This document shows positions 13,560 to 31,649 of a stretch of DNA of 64,000 nucleotides, piece by piece; position 1 is the stretch's first letter; every line of letters begins with the position of its first letter. A program made the position numbers and the translations under genes. The DNA is from the human T2T-CHM13v2.0 reference genome, Homo sapiens: NCBI RefSeq assembly GCF_009914755.1, contig NC_060933.1. One strand, given 5' to 3'. Below the pieces are notes generated by a model. It searched no databases. It was not told the origin of the DNA and was given only the letters and a program-made list of their open reading frames with translations.

Positions 13560-14055
13560 CTCTCTAAACCTTATCTCACACCAAGATCTTGCTAGCTCTC
13601 TAGGCTCCAGCTACAGTGTATTTTTTTTTAATCTTGCTGTTGGTTTATGTTTAGAATTCTCAAAGCCTCCCTTCTACTGCAGGTCTTTTTCATCAATTAT
13701 TCCCTCTGGATAGAATACTTCCACCTTGATCATCACCCTCTAGTTAATGAGCTAACACCTACTTATTCTTCATATATCAGGATATATTTAATTTCTCAGG
13801 GAATTTTCCAAGATTTTTCATGACAAAGTCAACTTTCTTTGTCATGTGGTGCCATAAAACACATTTCTTTCTTTTGGAGCATCTATGAATGAATAAAAAT
13901 GGTTTAATTAATGCAATTATTTGATGAATACCTATGTCCCCACTAATCTACTGTCTCACCACAACAGGAACTGGAGCTGTTTTCTCCTTATTTTTGTGCC
14001 AGAAGCCTAGCATAGTACCTGCCACATTGGAGGCAATTAGTGTTTGTCGAGTAAA
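13560..14055 (+). mobile_element. L2 fragment
   Basis: Ends gcctagcatagtacctgccacattggaggcaattagtgtttgtcgagtaaat. Confidence 0.6.
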
Positions 14056-14308
14056 TTATAGAAAATATAAAACAAAACATAATCCAAACTATAGAAGACA
14101 TAAAATAAATCTCAAAGAAGCATAAAAAAACAGAAAGCACAAATGCAGATGATTAAAGAAAGAGTAAATATTTCAGTTATGACATAATACATATATAGGC
14201 TAAGCTGCCTCATAGTCAAACACTCCCGAGACAGGGCAAAAATGAACCTACAGTACTGAGCAAGATATTGCAGCATTCAAGGGACAACTTAAAAATGTAT
14301 CAAAATAA

Positions 14309-14611
<303 letters not shown>

Positions 14612-15755
14612 AAAATGTATCAAAATAAGATTAACATAATTGAGAGTTGAAGATATAGCAGGAAAATGTAAAAAAGGGAAAAGTAGAGCTAGCAGTAATA
14701 ATTTCAGACAATATAGAAATCAAGTTTTTATAAAAAGATGTATGTAAAAAAGATAAATTGAATGATTTTTTAGAAGAATTTAATTCATATTTCTCAGTCA
14801 CCAATATGTCACGGAAGAAAAGTGATAGTGATAACTTAAATAATATAAGTATTAAGATGAATTATATACAGTTGACCTTCGAATAACACAGGTTTGAACT
14901 TCATGGATCCACTTATACATGAATTTTTTTCAATAAATACATGGAAAAAGTTTTTGGAGATTTGCAACAATTTGAAAAACTCTCAGATGAACCACATAGC
15001 TCAGAAATATTTTCAAAATTAAGAAAAAATTAGATATGTCATAATGCATAAAATATACGTAGATACTAGTCTATTTTATCATTTATTAACACAAAGTTTT
15101 TACTACTGTAATGATTTCATAGCCACCTCCTGTTGCTATTGCAGTAGTCTCTAGCGTTGCGAGTATCCACTTAAAATACCTTGTAACTGTAATCATCTCC
15201 GCATGAACAGTTTGTCTCTCCAGTAAATTGCGTATCACAGTAAAAAGTGATCTCTCTCAGTTTTCATATATTTTTTACTATGTTTAGTGCAATACTGTCA
15301 ACCATGAATAAAAACATGGGACTCATATGAAGTGCCACCAGTGATGCTGGAAATGCTCCCAAGAAGCAGAGAAAAATCATGACATTACAAGAAAAAGTTG
15401 AATTGCTTAATATGTACCATAGATTGAAGTCTGCAGCTATGGTTGCCCACCATTTCAACATAAATAAGGACCACTGTTTAAAAAGAAGGAAAGAAAAGGA
15501 AATTCATGAAGCTGTCACTGCAGTCACACCAGAAGGAGTGAAAACCATGCACCTTTTATGAAATATCTTTTTATTTTATATTGAAAATGTGGCTTTTATG
15601 TGGGTCCAGAATTTCTATAAGAAGGCATACTATAGACTCTAATACAATTTAAGAAAAGGCGAAGTCATTACATGACAATTTAAATCAAAAGGAATGTGAA
15701 AGATCTAAAGCTGGAGAATTTAATGCCTGCAAAGGATGATTTAATCATTTTTGGC

Positions 15756-16063
15756 TTTTTTTTTTTTTGACAGAGTCTTACTCTGTCACCCAAGCTGGAG
15801 TGCAGTGATGCGGTCTGAGCTCACTGCAGCCTCCACCACCCAGGTTCAAGGAATTCTCCTGCCTCAGTCTCTCCTGAGTTGCTGAGATTACAGGCATGTG
15901 CCACCACACCCGGCTAATTTATTTATTTATTTATTTTTTTGTTTTTAGTAGAGACAGGGTTTTACCACATTGGCTAGGCTGGTCTTGAACTCCTCACCTT
16001 GTGATCCACCCATCTCGGCCTCCCAAAGTGCTGGGATTACAGGCATGAGCCACTGTGTCCAGC
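15756..16063 (-). mobile_element. AluS (Sg/Sc-like) inside Tigger2
   Basis: Poly-T followed by the reverse Alu dimer, with a (ttta)n middle linker. Confidence 0.93.
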
Positions 16064-16092
16064 AGAGGGTCAGCTTTAAAAATATCAAGATA

Positions 16093-16389
<297 letters not shown>

Positions 16390-17799
16390 TCAAGATAACA
16401 AGTGAAGCAGCTTCTGCCAACCAGAAGGCAGCAGATGAGTACCCAGACTCCACTGAGGAGAAAGGATATCTGCCTGAACAGGTTTGCAATGCAGACGAAA
16501 GTGCCCTAATTTGGAGGAAAAAAAGCCACAAAGGACATTTATTAGTAAGGAAGATAGGTAATCACCAGGATTCAAGGTAGGAAGGGATAGGCTAACTGTA
16601 CTGTTCTGTGCAAAAGCAGTTGGGCATCTGATCAGGACTATCCTTATCTATAAAGCTGCTAACCCTCAACCTTGAAAGGAAAAGATAAACTCCAGCTGCC
16701 AGGCATTTGGCTATACAATAAGAAGGCCTGGACAACGAGAACCCATTTTCTGCACTAGTTCCATTAACGCTTGGTCCCTGAAGTCACGAAGTCTACACTA
16801 GTAAGGGACTGAATTTTAAAGTTCTTTTGATATTGGACTGTTCCCCTGGCCACCCAGCATCCCAGGAGTTCAACGCTGAAGATGTCCAAGTGGTCTACTT
16901 GCCTCCTAACACAGCATCTCTAATTCAGCCTCTAGATCAGGGGGTCATAAGAACTTTTAAGGCACATATACACAGTATTCTATGGAAAGGATTGTCAGTG
17001 CTATAGAAGAGAACCCCAATAGAAATAACATCATGAAAGTCTGGAAGAACTACACCATTGAAGATGCCATTGTTATAGAAAGCCATGATGACTTGATGGA
17101 GATAAGCACGTTTGAACCAGTGCCAGATAATGAGGAAGAAACGTAGAAGAAGCCGTGCAAGGAAACAAATTGACATTAGACAATCTGGGAGAAAGGCTTA
17201 GATTATTCAAGACTGCTTTTGACTTATTTTATAACATGGACCCTTCTATGATACAGGCACTTAAACTAAAGAAAACAGTGGAAGAAGGACTAGAATCCTT
17301 ACAGAAACATATTTAGATAAATGAAAAAGCAAAAAAACAAAAAGGAAGAAATTATGATGTATTTCCATAAAGTTACACCAAGTATGCCTACCTCTTCTCC
17401 CTCCCCTTCCACCTTCTCCACCTCTTTCACCTCTGCTACCCCCGAGACAGCAATACCAACACCTCCTCTTCCTCCTCCTCCTCAGACTACACAACATGAA
17501 GTCAATGAGGATGAAAACCTTTATGATGATCCATTTCCTAATGAATGTTAAATGTATTTTCTCTTTCTTATGATTTTCTTAATAACATTTTCGCTTACTT
17601 TATTGTAAGAATACAGTATATAATACATATACAAAATATGTGTTCATAGATGGTTTATGTTATTAGTAAGACTTCCAGTCATCGGTTGGCCATTTATAAA
17701 GTTTTTGGGGAGTGCAAAGTTATATGCAGACTTTTGACTATGTGGGGGTTGGTACCCCACCAATCTCATGTTTTTCAAGAGCCACTGTATATGTGCATA

Positions 17800-19008
<1,209 letters not shown>

Positions 19009-19239
19009 TTATTATTACAATAGCTACTTTGAGAGTTGACTTTTTTATACCAAAAAGTGAGAACAAAACCTGAGGAGTCACAAACAGAAACTGAGTGGAC
19101 ATTAGCAGTGAATGTAATGAGAAAAAAGAGAGCCGAGAAGAGCGAAAAGTGGAGGGGGTGTCATTAAATTCTCCTTGGGGAATCTGAGAACTTGGACACA
19201 GAAAGGAGGAGGTAACATTTCAGTGTCTACTCTGTAACA

Positions 19240-19410
19240 CAATTCAAGCTACAAGATTTATATGAGTTGTCTGTAAATTCTGGTAGATGCTTTCATCTCT
19301 ACCTGCAGAGGAGACTCAGAGACTTTAGGTGATTTGCTCGAGGATCACAAAGGTAGTAAATAGTGAAGCTGAGATTTGAAAACTAGCTTGCCTACTCCAA
19401 AGCTTTTCGG
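19240..19410 (-). mobile_element. MIR fragment
   Basis: gagactcagagactttaggtgatttgctcgaggatcacaaag...gagatttgaaaactag. Confidence 0.7.
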
Positions 19411-19994
19411 GAGGTCAACGCAACATCAAAGTTGGGCAAAGGACAGATTGAGAAGAGAGGTCATTAGTGCAGAAACACTATTTTGTGAGGGGAAAGACAA
19501 AATGACATTTCTGGAGAGGCATATTCATGGGCACATCATTCTTTGCATGTGGGGATTTTTGAAGTTTCATGCTCTCTCTTCCAAGGCTAAGTCTGCTTCC
19601 TGTTACGGCTGTCAAGTTGTTTTGTTTAGATAGCTAATGCCTGGAACCCAACTGTCTTCCTGTGAGAGGACTACATTATTAACAGTAATGGAAGAAAAAA
19701 GGTTTGAATTCTGGGTCCTTATAAAGGCTGTGCAAGTCCTATTTTCTCCAGATCCCCATACCAAGAATCATTCTCCACACTGCAGTCATTTTCTGAGTCT
19801 CAGTGTTGGATAGTATGGCTAGAAAAATGCCAGGCCATTTTGTAAACAACGTAGTTGTAAGTATAATAGCTGAGATTTAGAGAACATGTTCAGTCATTTA
19901 GGATTGTCCTATACTATACTCCTCATGTTCTTTATCCCACTGAATCCTCCCAACAGCCCTAGGTGGTGTGTATGCTAGTCATTAGGGCTGTTCA

Positions 19995-20870
19995 TAAATA
20001 ATCCGGTTCTTTCCTTCCAGCCATATGCCCTTCTTTACCCTCTTTGAAGTTTAGCATTAGCCTTGTGAAATGTTTTCCAATGTAATGTAAGACGAAGTGA
20101 CAAATATCACTCTTGGGTAGAAGCTTTATGAGGTATGCTACATTCATTTTTCTTGCCTCACCAATTATGGGACTATATGTCAAGATGAAACTTCCATCAG
20201 CCTGGATCCCCATGTGATTATGATGATTAGGGCTCCTCATGTGACTTCCAGTGGCTATAAAGTATGGGCAAAAATTAAAGTTTTTTTCTTTCAAACCTAT
20301 GTCACATTGTTCTAAAGAGGCCAATATCAATATTTCCCATCTTCATGTTCTTCTTACATGATGACATTGGCACTCTCCCATTGAAAGGTAGGGTCTATGT
20401 TCCCTCTCCTTGAATCTGGGACAGTCTGTGACCATGGCAGAATTAGCACTATATAACTTCTGTGTCTGAGTCATTAAATACAGTACAGCTTTCATCTGTT
20501 CCTCTTGAGATACTAGCCTGGGAAATCTAGGCTCCATGCTTGTGACAAAGCCAATGGAAAGGTCATGTGTAACTATTCCAGGCACATTCCTAGCTGAGGT
20601 CCCAACCAAGAGCCAGCATGAACCACTAGACACTTGCACATGTGAGCCTTCATATGATGCAGTCCTCAGGCTTGGAGCCAGTCCAGGTAATGGAGCAGAG
20701 ACTGGAGCAGAGACAAGTTGTTCCCACTGAGCTCTCCTCAGATTACAGATTGGTGAGTGAAATAAACATAGTTGTTTTAAGTCATTAATTTTTGGGAATG
20801 ATTCTTTACAAAGCCATAGATAACTAGAATAAATTTACTAAAACTTTGGAGTTGTTTGTTATTGCAGGAG
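19995..20870 (+). mobile_element. Old ERVL-type LTR with a nested MLT1H/I-like MaLR LTR (~20305-20831)
   Basis: gtctatgttccctctccttgaatctggg ... aataaacatagttgttttaagtcattaatttttggg...atagataactagaata MLT1 3' end. Confidence 0.65.
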
Positions 20871-21325
20871 GGGTGTAGTAAAAATCTGTTCTCCCCATTT
20901 TGCAACTGGGGTAACAGAAGTGCAGTGAGGTAAAATAACTGGCCGAAATCACAAGCTTAGGAAAGATTGGCAATACAGAAAAGACAAAATGGAACTAACA
21001 CTGAACACCTACCCTATGGACAAATTGTACTCTACTCTTTTAAATAGTACTGCATTAGTTCTCAAAACAAAACTGTGAGGAGGATGTGGCATTTCTCCCT
21101 GTTTTTCAGACTATTAGCTCCTTGAAGATAGAGACTATAAATTTGCACACTTCCCTTTGTAGTTCCAGTATTGAGCACAATTTCTAATATACTCAAGATC
21201 TTCAATTAATGTTTGACAGATTAAATTTAGTTGAACTGAATGGGCTAAACATAAAGAAGGTTTTGGAGGGAGCCCAGTGTTGTACAGTGCTGAATGGTTG
21301 ACCTCATAGTTAAACTCAGATCTGA

Positions 21326-21677
<352 letters not shown>

Positions 21678-22994
21678 GTGCTTTTTCTTTATATCACTTC
21701 AGGATAGTGAGATGACAGACATCTTCTCCCATGGGTATTGATAAAGTCCTAGAAGTATGCTGTGTGGGTCAGACAGACCACTTTAAAAGTCAGGACAGAA
21801 TGGACAATTACCCTTAGGCAGAAGAAACAAAGATTTGGATACTTCTGTGTGGCTATAGGTTCTGTACAGAGCATTTGTTCAACATTCAGCCCATCTCAAC
21901 AGAGTAGACTTTGAGGAATAAAAGTTGCACTTCACTAAGCATTTGTGAGGCCATTGGCAATATAGGAAGCTAACAAAATGTTAATAATAATGTCTGATCT
22001 CCAGTGTAGTTAGGAAAATGGACTTTGATTTTTGAATGAATGGCCTCCTTTTTCTGATTTGTCCTCATATACGAAGACAGTGGAACTAGAGCACTCATTG
22101 GACTGTGTCTGTATTTTGTTGTACTTCCATTCAACAATATAATTCTTATTCATATGATTTGATAACACATTTGAACACAACCTTTTGAGATGAAAACCTA
22201 AGAGCTGACACAAATATGGTGAGGAATGAAATATATTCACCAACTATATAAACATATCTACCCATTGCCCTTCTACCAGGTTGATAGTATGATCAAACGG
22301 ATGACCATATGATCCCAAAATAAAACAACTATAGGGTATTTTTTCTTCATCTAGAACTAAATCATTGCAAAACACTTGAAAAATTAACAATAATCTGAGC
22401 AAGAAAATAAAAGTCACATGTAATCTCACCATCCAGATGTGGTCACTCTGAAGCCTTTTTGCTAGGTGTATTTCTTGCTTATGGTAGTATACGTATACAA
22501 GTATACTTGTATTTGTGCAGGCAATTTTTAAAAGGTTTTCTGATGAAGGTATATAGAAGTGTACACACACACACACACAAGAATACAAGTCTTATGTGTA
22601 CAGTTCTAGGTATTTTTTCAAAGTCAACGTCCCCATGTAACCACTTTCCAGATAAAGATATAAAATATTACCAGCGCCTTAGAAACTTTGCTCCTACTCC
22701 CTTCTGAGTTCACCACCTCCTCCCACAAAGCAACCAGTATTCTGACTTCTATCATTAGAGTTTCCTGCTTTGAAATTTATGTAGATGGAATCAAATAAGT
22801 TTTAGTCTTTGGGATCTAACCTCTTTCTCTAGCATAATGTTTGTGATATTCTTCCATACTACTAGAAGTACTTGTAGATTATCCATTCTCATTGTTGTAT
22901 ACTTATCCATTGTATGAATATGCCAAAAATTAATTATCCATTTAACTGTTGATGAACATTTGCCTACTTTCCATTTGAGGGCCATTAAAAATAA

Positions 22995-23375
<381 letters not shown>

Positions 23376-23617
23376 AAGAATTTTTAACTCATAGGGCAAA
23401 ATATGTTCAGTTTTTGCAGATACTGTCAAACATTTTTACAAATAATCACATTGATTTACACTCTACCCCACAGCTTCATTCCCTGGCAGCATATGTGAGT
23501 TCTTATCACTCTACCCCCTTGCCCAAACCAAGTGTTTTAGTCTTTTTCATTTTAGCTGTTATGACAAGTATGTAGTGGTTTTCAATGAAGAGTTTTAATC
23601 TTTCACTTATAGCTAAT

Positions 23618-24067
23618 TGTATTAGCTTCCTAGGGATGCTATGACAAATTACCACAAACTGGGTATCTTGTAACAACAGCAATCTATTCTCTCACAGCTC
23701 TGGAGGCTAGAGGTCTGAAATCAAGGAACATGGTAGAGTCATGCTCTCTCTGAGGATTCTAGGGAAGGATCCTTTCTTAGCTCTTCCTAGCTTCTGGTGG
23801 TTGCCAGCTATCCTTGAGAATCCTTAGCTTGTAATCACTCCAATCTTAGCCTCCCTTGTCATATTGGCATTCTCCCTGTGTGTTCTGTGTGTCCAATTTT
23901 CCCTTTTCTCATAAGGATACAAATCACTGGTTTAGGGCCCACCTTAATCCTGTATTACCTCATTTTAACTGATAACATCTGCAAAGACTCTGTTTCCAAA
24001 TACTATCCTATTCATGGGTTTAGGACTTCCACATATCTTTTTGAGGGACAAAATTCAATCCATCACA
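23618..24067 (-). mobile_element. MLT1C-like MaLR solo LTR
   Basis: tgtattagcttcctagggatgctatgacaaattaccacaaactggg ... ggacaaaattcaatccatcaca; near-TSD ctaat/ttaat. Confidence 0.8.
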
Positions 24068-24424
24068 TTAATTTATGGGGTAATTTTTCTATGATTTTGG
24101 GCCATTTGCAGATCTCCTTTTCTGGAATATTCATTCTAAACACTGGGTCATTTTAAAAATTGGATTGTCTCATTTGCTTATTGATTCATGTGATTTATTT
24201 ATATTTTCTGTATACAATGTATTGCTTATGAAATTGTATTGACTTTTATCAAATGGTTTTTTGAATTATTTTCCTACTTATGCAACTAATGTAGTAAATT
24301 AGTCTGATATTTGAATGCTAAACCAATCTTAAATTTCTGAAACAAACCCAGTTGGGTTGTAATGCATTACCATTTTTATATATAACTGGGTTTATCTTCA
24401 AATATTTTGGTTAAGATTTGGTTA

Positions 24425-24751
<327 letters not shown>

Positions 24752-24841
24752 CTATAATTTTATTTTATTGTAATGTTCTTGCCAGGTTTTCATATCAAGA
24801 ATATACTGACTTTCTATTCTCTGGAATAAAGAATACATTGA

Positions 24842-25272
<431 letters not shown>

Positions 25273-26349
25273 TTTTCTGTCTATTTTCTATCAGTTACTA
25301 AGATATATGTGTTAAAAACTACATAATTGGGAATTTTTGTTTATTTTACTTATGTTAGTTATTACTTTGTATCTTTTGATCTTATGTTATTAGATGCGTA
25401 TAAATTTAGAACTATTACATCTTCCTTTTAAATCAATCTTCTTTAGTGAAATATTACACTTTATCTCTACTAATACTTCTTGCTTTCAAAATGACTTTAT
25501 TTGATTTTACATAGGTGTATCAGCCTTCTGTGTCTTTATGCTTTAAGGCTTGTCTCTTATAATCAACATATAGTTTATTTTCTGCATTCAATCTGAGAAA
25601 CATAGGTTTTTAATTGTAATATTTAGTTCATTTGTGCTTAATACATCACTGATATATTTGGGTTTAAATATATTATTTTTATTTATTTTCTACTTGTCCT
25701 TTTCAGTTTTTGTCTCTTTTTTTTATTGTACTAATTATTTTTAAAATTATTGTATATTCTCTTCTTTTTGCATATATACTTCTTTTATTATTTTTTAGTG
25801 GTCATCTTACAGATTTCAGTATGCATCGTTGGCTTATTAATGTCTCTCTTAACTTATATCATTTCCTGAACAATGCAAAAATTGAACAAAACTTTAGTTC
25901 TATTCACTCTCTTTCAATCCCTTTCCTGTTGAAATATACTTTACTCATGCTTGTTTTCATTTTTCCTGAATTATCTGCTCCCATCTGGAATAACATTTCT
26001 TCTGTCTGAGGAACTTTCTGTAGTATTTCTTTCAGTACGGTTTGGCCGGTGATGAATACTGCCAATATTTTTTGATGTGTGAAAATGTCTTTAGTTCACC
26101 CCAATTTTTGAGGGATATTTTTACTAGGCATAGAATTTTAGATTGGCAGTTATCTTTCAGCCAATTAAAGATTTTATTGCAGTGTTTAATACTTTCCATC
26201 ATTTATAGTGAAAAGTCAGCTGTGGCTCTTATTATTGCTACTTTAAAAGTAGTATGTCTTTTCCCCCTCTGGTTGCTTTTCATTTTCTATTTGTCTTTTA
26301 TTGGATGCTGTTTTTTCTATGATATACCTACATATGTTTTCTTTTTTTT

Positions 26350-26975
26350 TTTTTTTAATTTAGAGAACATATTTTGCCAAGGGTAAGGACTCATGCCTGG
26401 GAGGTAAGTCTGTTCTTCCTCCAAAGATGATTTTGAGGGCTTCAATATTTAAAGGGGACAGGGTGGACACTGGGGAAAGAGGAAGAAAGTTTTTGAAGGT
26501 GTGGGTAGAGAAGAGACACACAGTTGCATTCTTTTGAGTCTTCGATCAGCGTTTCACCAAATACATGATTTACATGTGAAAGTGAGTAGAGGAATAGTAA
26601 CTTCTGGCTTTGTCTAGCTCAATGAATCTGCATTTTTAAATCAGAGGAAGTAATCAGATATGCATTTCTCTTAGGTGAGCAGAGGGTCGACTTAGAGTTC
26701 TGTCCTTTGTCCCATACCTTTGAAGGTAAGCTAACAATTTACATCGTCAGGGTAAAATTCAACAGTACCATTTTAGGGTAAAGATCTTGAAGTACACAAG
26801 GAATTTCCTAGTGAGAAAATTGTGAAGGAGGTATATAGCTTTTTTTTTTTTTTCTTTTTGTAGCTATCTTATTTAGGAATAAAATAGGAGGCAGGTTTGC
26901 CTGACACAGTTCCCAGCTTGACTTTTCTCTTTGGCTTAGTGATTTTGAGATCCCAAGGTTTACTTTCCTTTCCCA
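26350..26975 (-). mobile_element. MER4A-like ERV1 solo LTR
   Basis: Reverse complement starts tgggaaaggaaagtaaaccttgggatctcaaaatcactaagccaaagagaaaagtcaagctgggaact, matching the recalled MER4A 5' end. Confidence 0.8.
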
Positions 26976-28659
26976 TTTCCTCCCTTTTCTTTTTAAAATA
27001 GGTCATATGTTTTCTTTGTGTTTGTCCTACTTCAGGTTTATAGGGTTCTTCGAATCTATGACTTGTCATTCCTTAACAGTTCTGGAAAATTCTCAGCTAG
27101 CATCTTTTCAAATATTGTTTCTGTTAATTTTCTCTCTTTTCTCCTCTGAGACTTCATTTGTGTGTATATTAATTTTCTTCAGCATATCCCATATATTATG
27201 CTGTTTTATATATTTTTGTTTTATTTATCTGTGCTTCAATCTGTATATTTTGTATTGACCTATGAGCTGTTTATTAATTTCCCATCTGCTTTCCTTTGTT
27301 ATGTTAAAGCAATCTTCTTTTATGTTCAATCTTTGAATTTTTATTTGGTTATCTTTATAAATTCCGGTTCTTTACTAGAATTCTCCACATATTTATCTAT
27401 TTTTTAACCATGGTAAACACAGCTATTTACAGTTCATGTTAGATAAGTCTAATTGCTAGATTACCTTTAGATTACCTTTAGGTTTTTAATGCAAATTATT
27501 GTCTTTTTGGGGAAGACAGGTGGTCATTTGGTCCAGTGTCCTGGCATACCTAGTAATTTTGGATTGAGTGTTGGACATTTTGTTTTAAAAATTCTGAAGG
27601 CATTGAATGATTTTCTCTTCCTTCAGAAATGATCTTTCTTCTTTTGTGTATGGATAGATTACCTCAGTCCAATCAGGGAGTAAGATAGTTTGAAGCTGTG
27701 AATGGTTTACCAGGACCCCTTCTCCTTGAAGTTTAATTATTTTACCAGCGTCGAGTCTAATGAAATCACTGTTTAGCCTTCTGACTCCTTAGAAGATGTT
27801 TTATACTATCATCTATACACACTTTGACACTGGCAAATGCCTCTAGAAGAAATTGTGCTCAGAATGCTGGGTTCAGTTTTCTGTTTCTCTTTCCACCATA
27901 ATCTTGGTCCTTTAACTTCTGACTGCATTGGTAGGCCTAAACTTTGATTTTGTTTTCCTCACCAATTAATACTGCCATAATATGTACTCTTCCATTTTAT
28001 TTGTTGATCCTATGTCCTCATAGCAAATGGGCAAATGGTCCAAAGAGAGAAAGTGGCAAAAATGTACATACAGTTTATCTCAGTTTCTTTCATTTCTCTC
28101 TGGGATCTTGGTTTGTCAAGCCCTGGATACCTTGGTTAATCTCCCTCAAATAGCTGTTTTTCTATCTAGCAACTGTAGATAGTTGTTCCTTGTGGCAAGG
28201 TTAGTCTGATACAGGCTACTCCTTCATGGCCAGAAATTAACATCTTGCATTTAATTTTATAATCTATGTTTTCCACCAAATGATAGATTACGAGAATGTT
28301 CTATGTTATTGAAAAATATTTTAAATGTAACCTTTAGGGGCCATGTAACATGCTACTGTAATGAATAGTCACAACTGACAATACCAATTCTCTGATATCG
28401 ACTCTTCAGGATACTTCCAATTTTTTTTTTAATTATTTGAGATTATAAGAGGACTTTTTGATATGTCTCTCTAAGTAAGCTTTTTGTTTTGTATGTAGAA
28501 GATTGCTTCTGATGTATGATATAAAATAGGTACATATGGGCAACTGCTAAAATTTGTGTGCCAAAAAAATGGAAAGTTTATATGCAATAAGCAAATTCTA
28601 CATTAACTTACTTCAAAGATTAATCTGTTATTCAGAAGAAATTGGTGGATTCACTATGA

Positions 28660-28820
28660 GTGATATAGTTTCTGGTTTAAATCTAAATTTTAATCACTTT
28701 ACTACCTGATAGACCCAGGGCAAATTACTTAGCCTCTCTGAGCCTGTTTCCTCACCTCTTAAAGACAAATAATAACATGTAGCTGACAGAGTTGTTGTAA
28801 TTTTTAAATAATTACCTATT
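28660..28820 (+). mobile_element. MIR
   Basis: gggcaaattacttagcctctctgagcctgtttcctcacctctt. Confidence 0.75.
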
Positions 28821-28864
28821 TATGTGTCTATATGCACTAGAAACTCCCCAAGGACAAGGCTCAG

Positions 28865-29550
28865 GCATTCATTCATTTCCATTCAAAAATATTTATTGAG
28901 CAACTATGGCATGGGGCATTGTGGATATATAGGTATAGACAAGTCAAGTAAGTCTATGCTTATATGAAGTTTATGTCACAGAGATGTTGAAACAGACAAT
29001 AAACAAATGTGTGATATAATTTTAGGTTATTACTAGTATTTTGAAGAAAAGCAAAGCAGAATCGAGGCTAGAAAGTGATTGTGGTGATGCTGCTACTTTG
29101 AAATAATCGTCAGGGAGTTTTCTCTGAGGAAAGAACTTTGAGTTGAGATGTATGAAAGCAAACCACGTGGAAACGTGAGGAAGAGATTTACAAATAGAGG
29201 GTACAGTAAATGCAGATGTCTAGAATAGAGAAGCTTCATAGGTTCATGAAAAAGGGAGAAAGTCAGTGTAATGGGAATGGAATGAATGAGGAGGGTACCA
29301 GGAAGGGAGGTAGGCAGGGGCCAATTCAGGTAGGATTGTGTTGGCCATGATTGATACGAAATCATTGTGGAGTTTGATCAAGGGAGACATGTGGTTTTAC
29401 TTTTCCACATTCAAACATGCACTTTTGCTGGTATATGGAGAATAGTCCAGAAGGACCAACATAGAAACAGGGGCTACTGCAGTCTTCTTTATTTTAAATC
29501 CCCAATATCCAATATAATGGCTGGTGCATACTTGTGAACAATTAATTCGG
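28865..29550 (-). mobile_element. L2 fragment
   Basis: cattcattcatt...aaatatttattgagcaacta start. Confidence 0.7.
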
Positions 29551-30739
29551 GGTTTTTTTTTTTTTTTTGAAAGGACATTTGGGCTAGGGAATGTACAACA
29601 ATCTCAAAACTGTTGAACTATGAGCTCACTTTTGAACTATGAGCTCACTGGTGGGTATAGCACAAAGCAGGGACAACCAGACTACTTTTTCAGTTAAGTG
29701 AGGTTCATTCAACAGCATTTTGAATAACAAAGTTCACAAATAGACAATGAATTGTCAGGATTTTCAAATAATTTTGAAAAAGAACATCAATCAATAACTA
29801 TCCAATATGGCCTTAAAATTGACTGTCTGATGAACCAGCAGTAATAAACAGCAAGAGCTTCCTATTCTTGCTTCAAAGCAGGAAGAAGGAGGTTGGTAGT
29901 AAAACCCTGCTCCAGATTTCTAGCTGTGAAAAAATATGAGCATTTTTTATCATTTCAAACCTTCAAATTCTTGAGATCTCTTAAAAAATGCTTTTGTGAG
30001 TAAAACAAAGACACATTTCCTTATAAATCCAGAAAACACAGGAGCTATTAAGCTTGAGAGCCCCTTTTAAGTCACGCCATTGCCAGGACTCTAACTCAGG
30101 TTGGATACCATATGTGGCTGTTCTTAAGTGGTCACTGTAAAATGTCAGAGGTTTGAGAAATAGGTATTCAGGTGTTTGGAGAAACAAATAATCTGTACTC
30201 AGAGGTACTAGAAATAATTCCCTTAAGAAGCTTAATAATTCTCATCAATGGAATGGTTTTTGGCTTCTCTAGTATCTCTCGTAGCATTAGTCAGTGCTAA
30301 TTTATTAGTAATAAATATTGACTGAACAAAATTCTGATCCAGGAATACAGCAGTAAAGTACTAGGATCTCCAGAACATTTATTCATTTGTTCATGAGAAA
30401 TATTGTGAAACAATTTCAATGTATGACGTACTGTGTTAGACAGTAGAAATATAAATATGAAAAAATAGTCTAGTGAGAAATCAGCCATTTTAAAAAATTA
30501 TAAAAACAATGGGTTAGATGCCAGAATGAAAGATTCTGTTATAACGGATGATACAGTTAAATGGAAGTTCTGAAATTGGCCTCGGATGCTTACCAGATAT
30601 ATGGGTGGTATCAAGCACCTACAGAGAGAGTAGAAACCCTTGTTATATAAAGAGGGCCCTTATCTTGTCCTAATCCTTGTGCTTTTACCTTGGGCCACAG
30701 ACTGTGCTCCTCCTCTCTCACTCTTCTTTACCCACTGGC

Positions 30740-31430
30740 TTTTGATTCTCACATGTGTATTCTTCAATATAAACTTTTGAGTGATTTCACCAAGTTCAAA
30801 AAATAACTCCATTGTGATTTTGACTGTCATTTTCTTAGTCCTATACCAAAATTTGGAAGAATTTGTACTCTTGAAATACTAAAGATAATAATAGTATAGG
30901 AGGACAATCTGCCTCCCTATTATTTAAATCTTAATTTATATTTCTCAGGGTAGTTTTATAGGTTTTGTTTACTTTATTCCTAAACATTGTTCATGAAGAT
31001 TAGTCTTAGGGTGTTTTTTGGCAGGGGAGGCTCAGGATGAATTGAATACTTTTTGTATTTATATTTCTAATTAATACTGTTTGCTATATAGGGAAACTAT
31101 TGAATTTTTAAAATGTATCTTATATTTAATCACTTCCTTAAATTTTCTAATGGATCTTAAATTTTTTTCAGTTGATATTCAAATTGTAGCAAAAACAACA
31201 AATGGATTTACTCCTTCATTGTTCTGTTGAATGTTCTATTTTGGCAGCCCCAATTTCCAGAACAAAGATAAAATGCCAAGGGGCTGATCCAAGGAGAAAC
31301 TCTACTTTTGCCTCAGGATTTTTCAGAGCTTGTCCCAGAACTGATTGAGGCACTTTTCTTTTGTCATTGACTTTGACATGCCTAATTGCTCCTTTTCAGT
31401 TGAGAATGACTGTACCATTAGCTATGGAAG
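30740..31430 (-). mobile_element. Ancient L1ME ORF2 fragment (likely donor of the 148-bp duplicated segment)
   Basis: tttattcctaaacatt, tttgctatatagggaaactattgaattt and other antisense L1 RT-region motifs. Confidence 0.55.
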
Positions 31431-31649
31431 GTCTATGTCTAGTATGTGCCGGGACAATGGCTGCCACCTTGACCTACAAATTCTAGTCAAGTGTTCTTCC
31501 CTTTACTCCCTTTCTCCCAAACTCCTGGATTCAATAGACATTTTCTCAGCGCCTATCACTGTAATGAGCCAAGTCCTAAGGCTTTAAAGATGTTAGATCT
31601 TACCTTGAAGGTACTAACAGCTAAGGACAGCCAATGGTATTTCTCTTGT

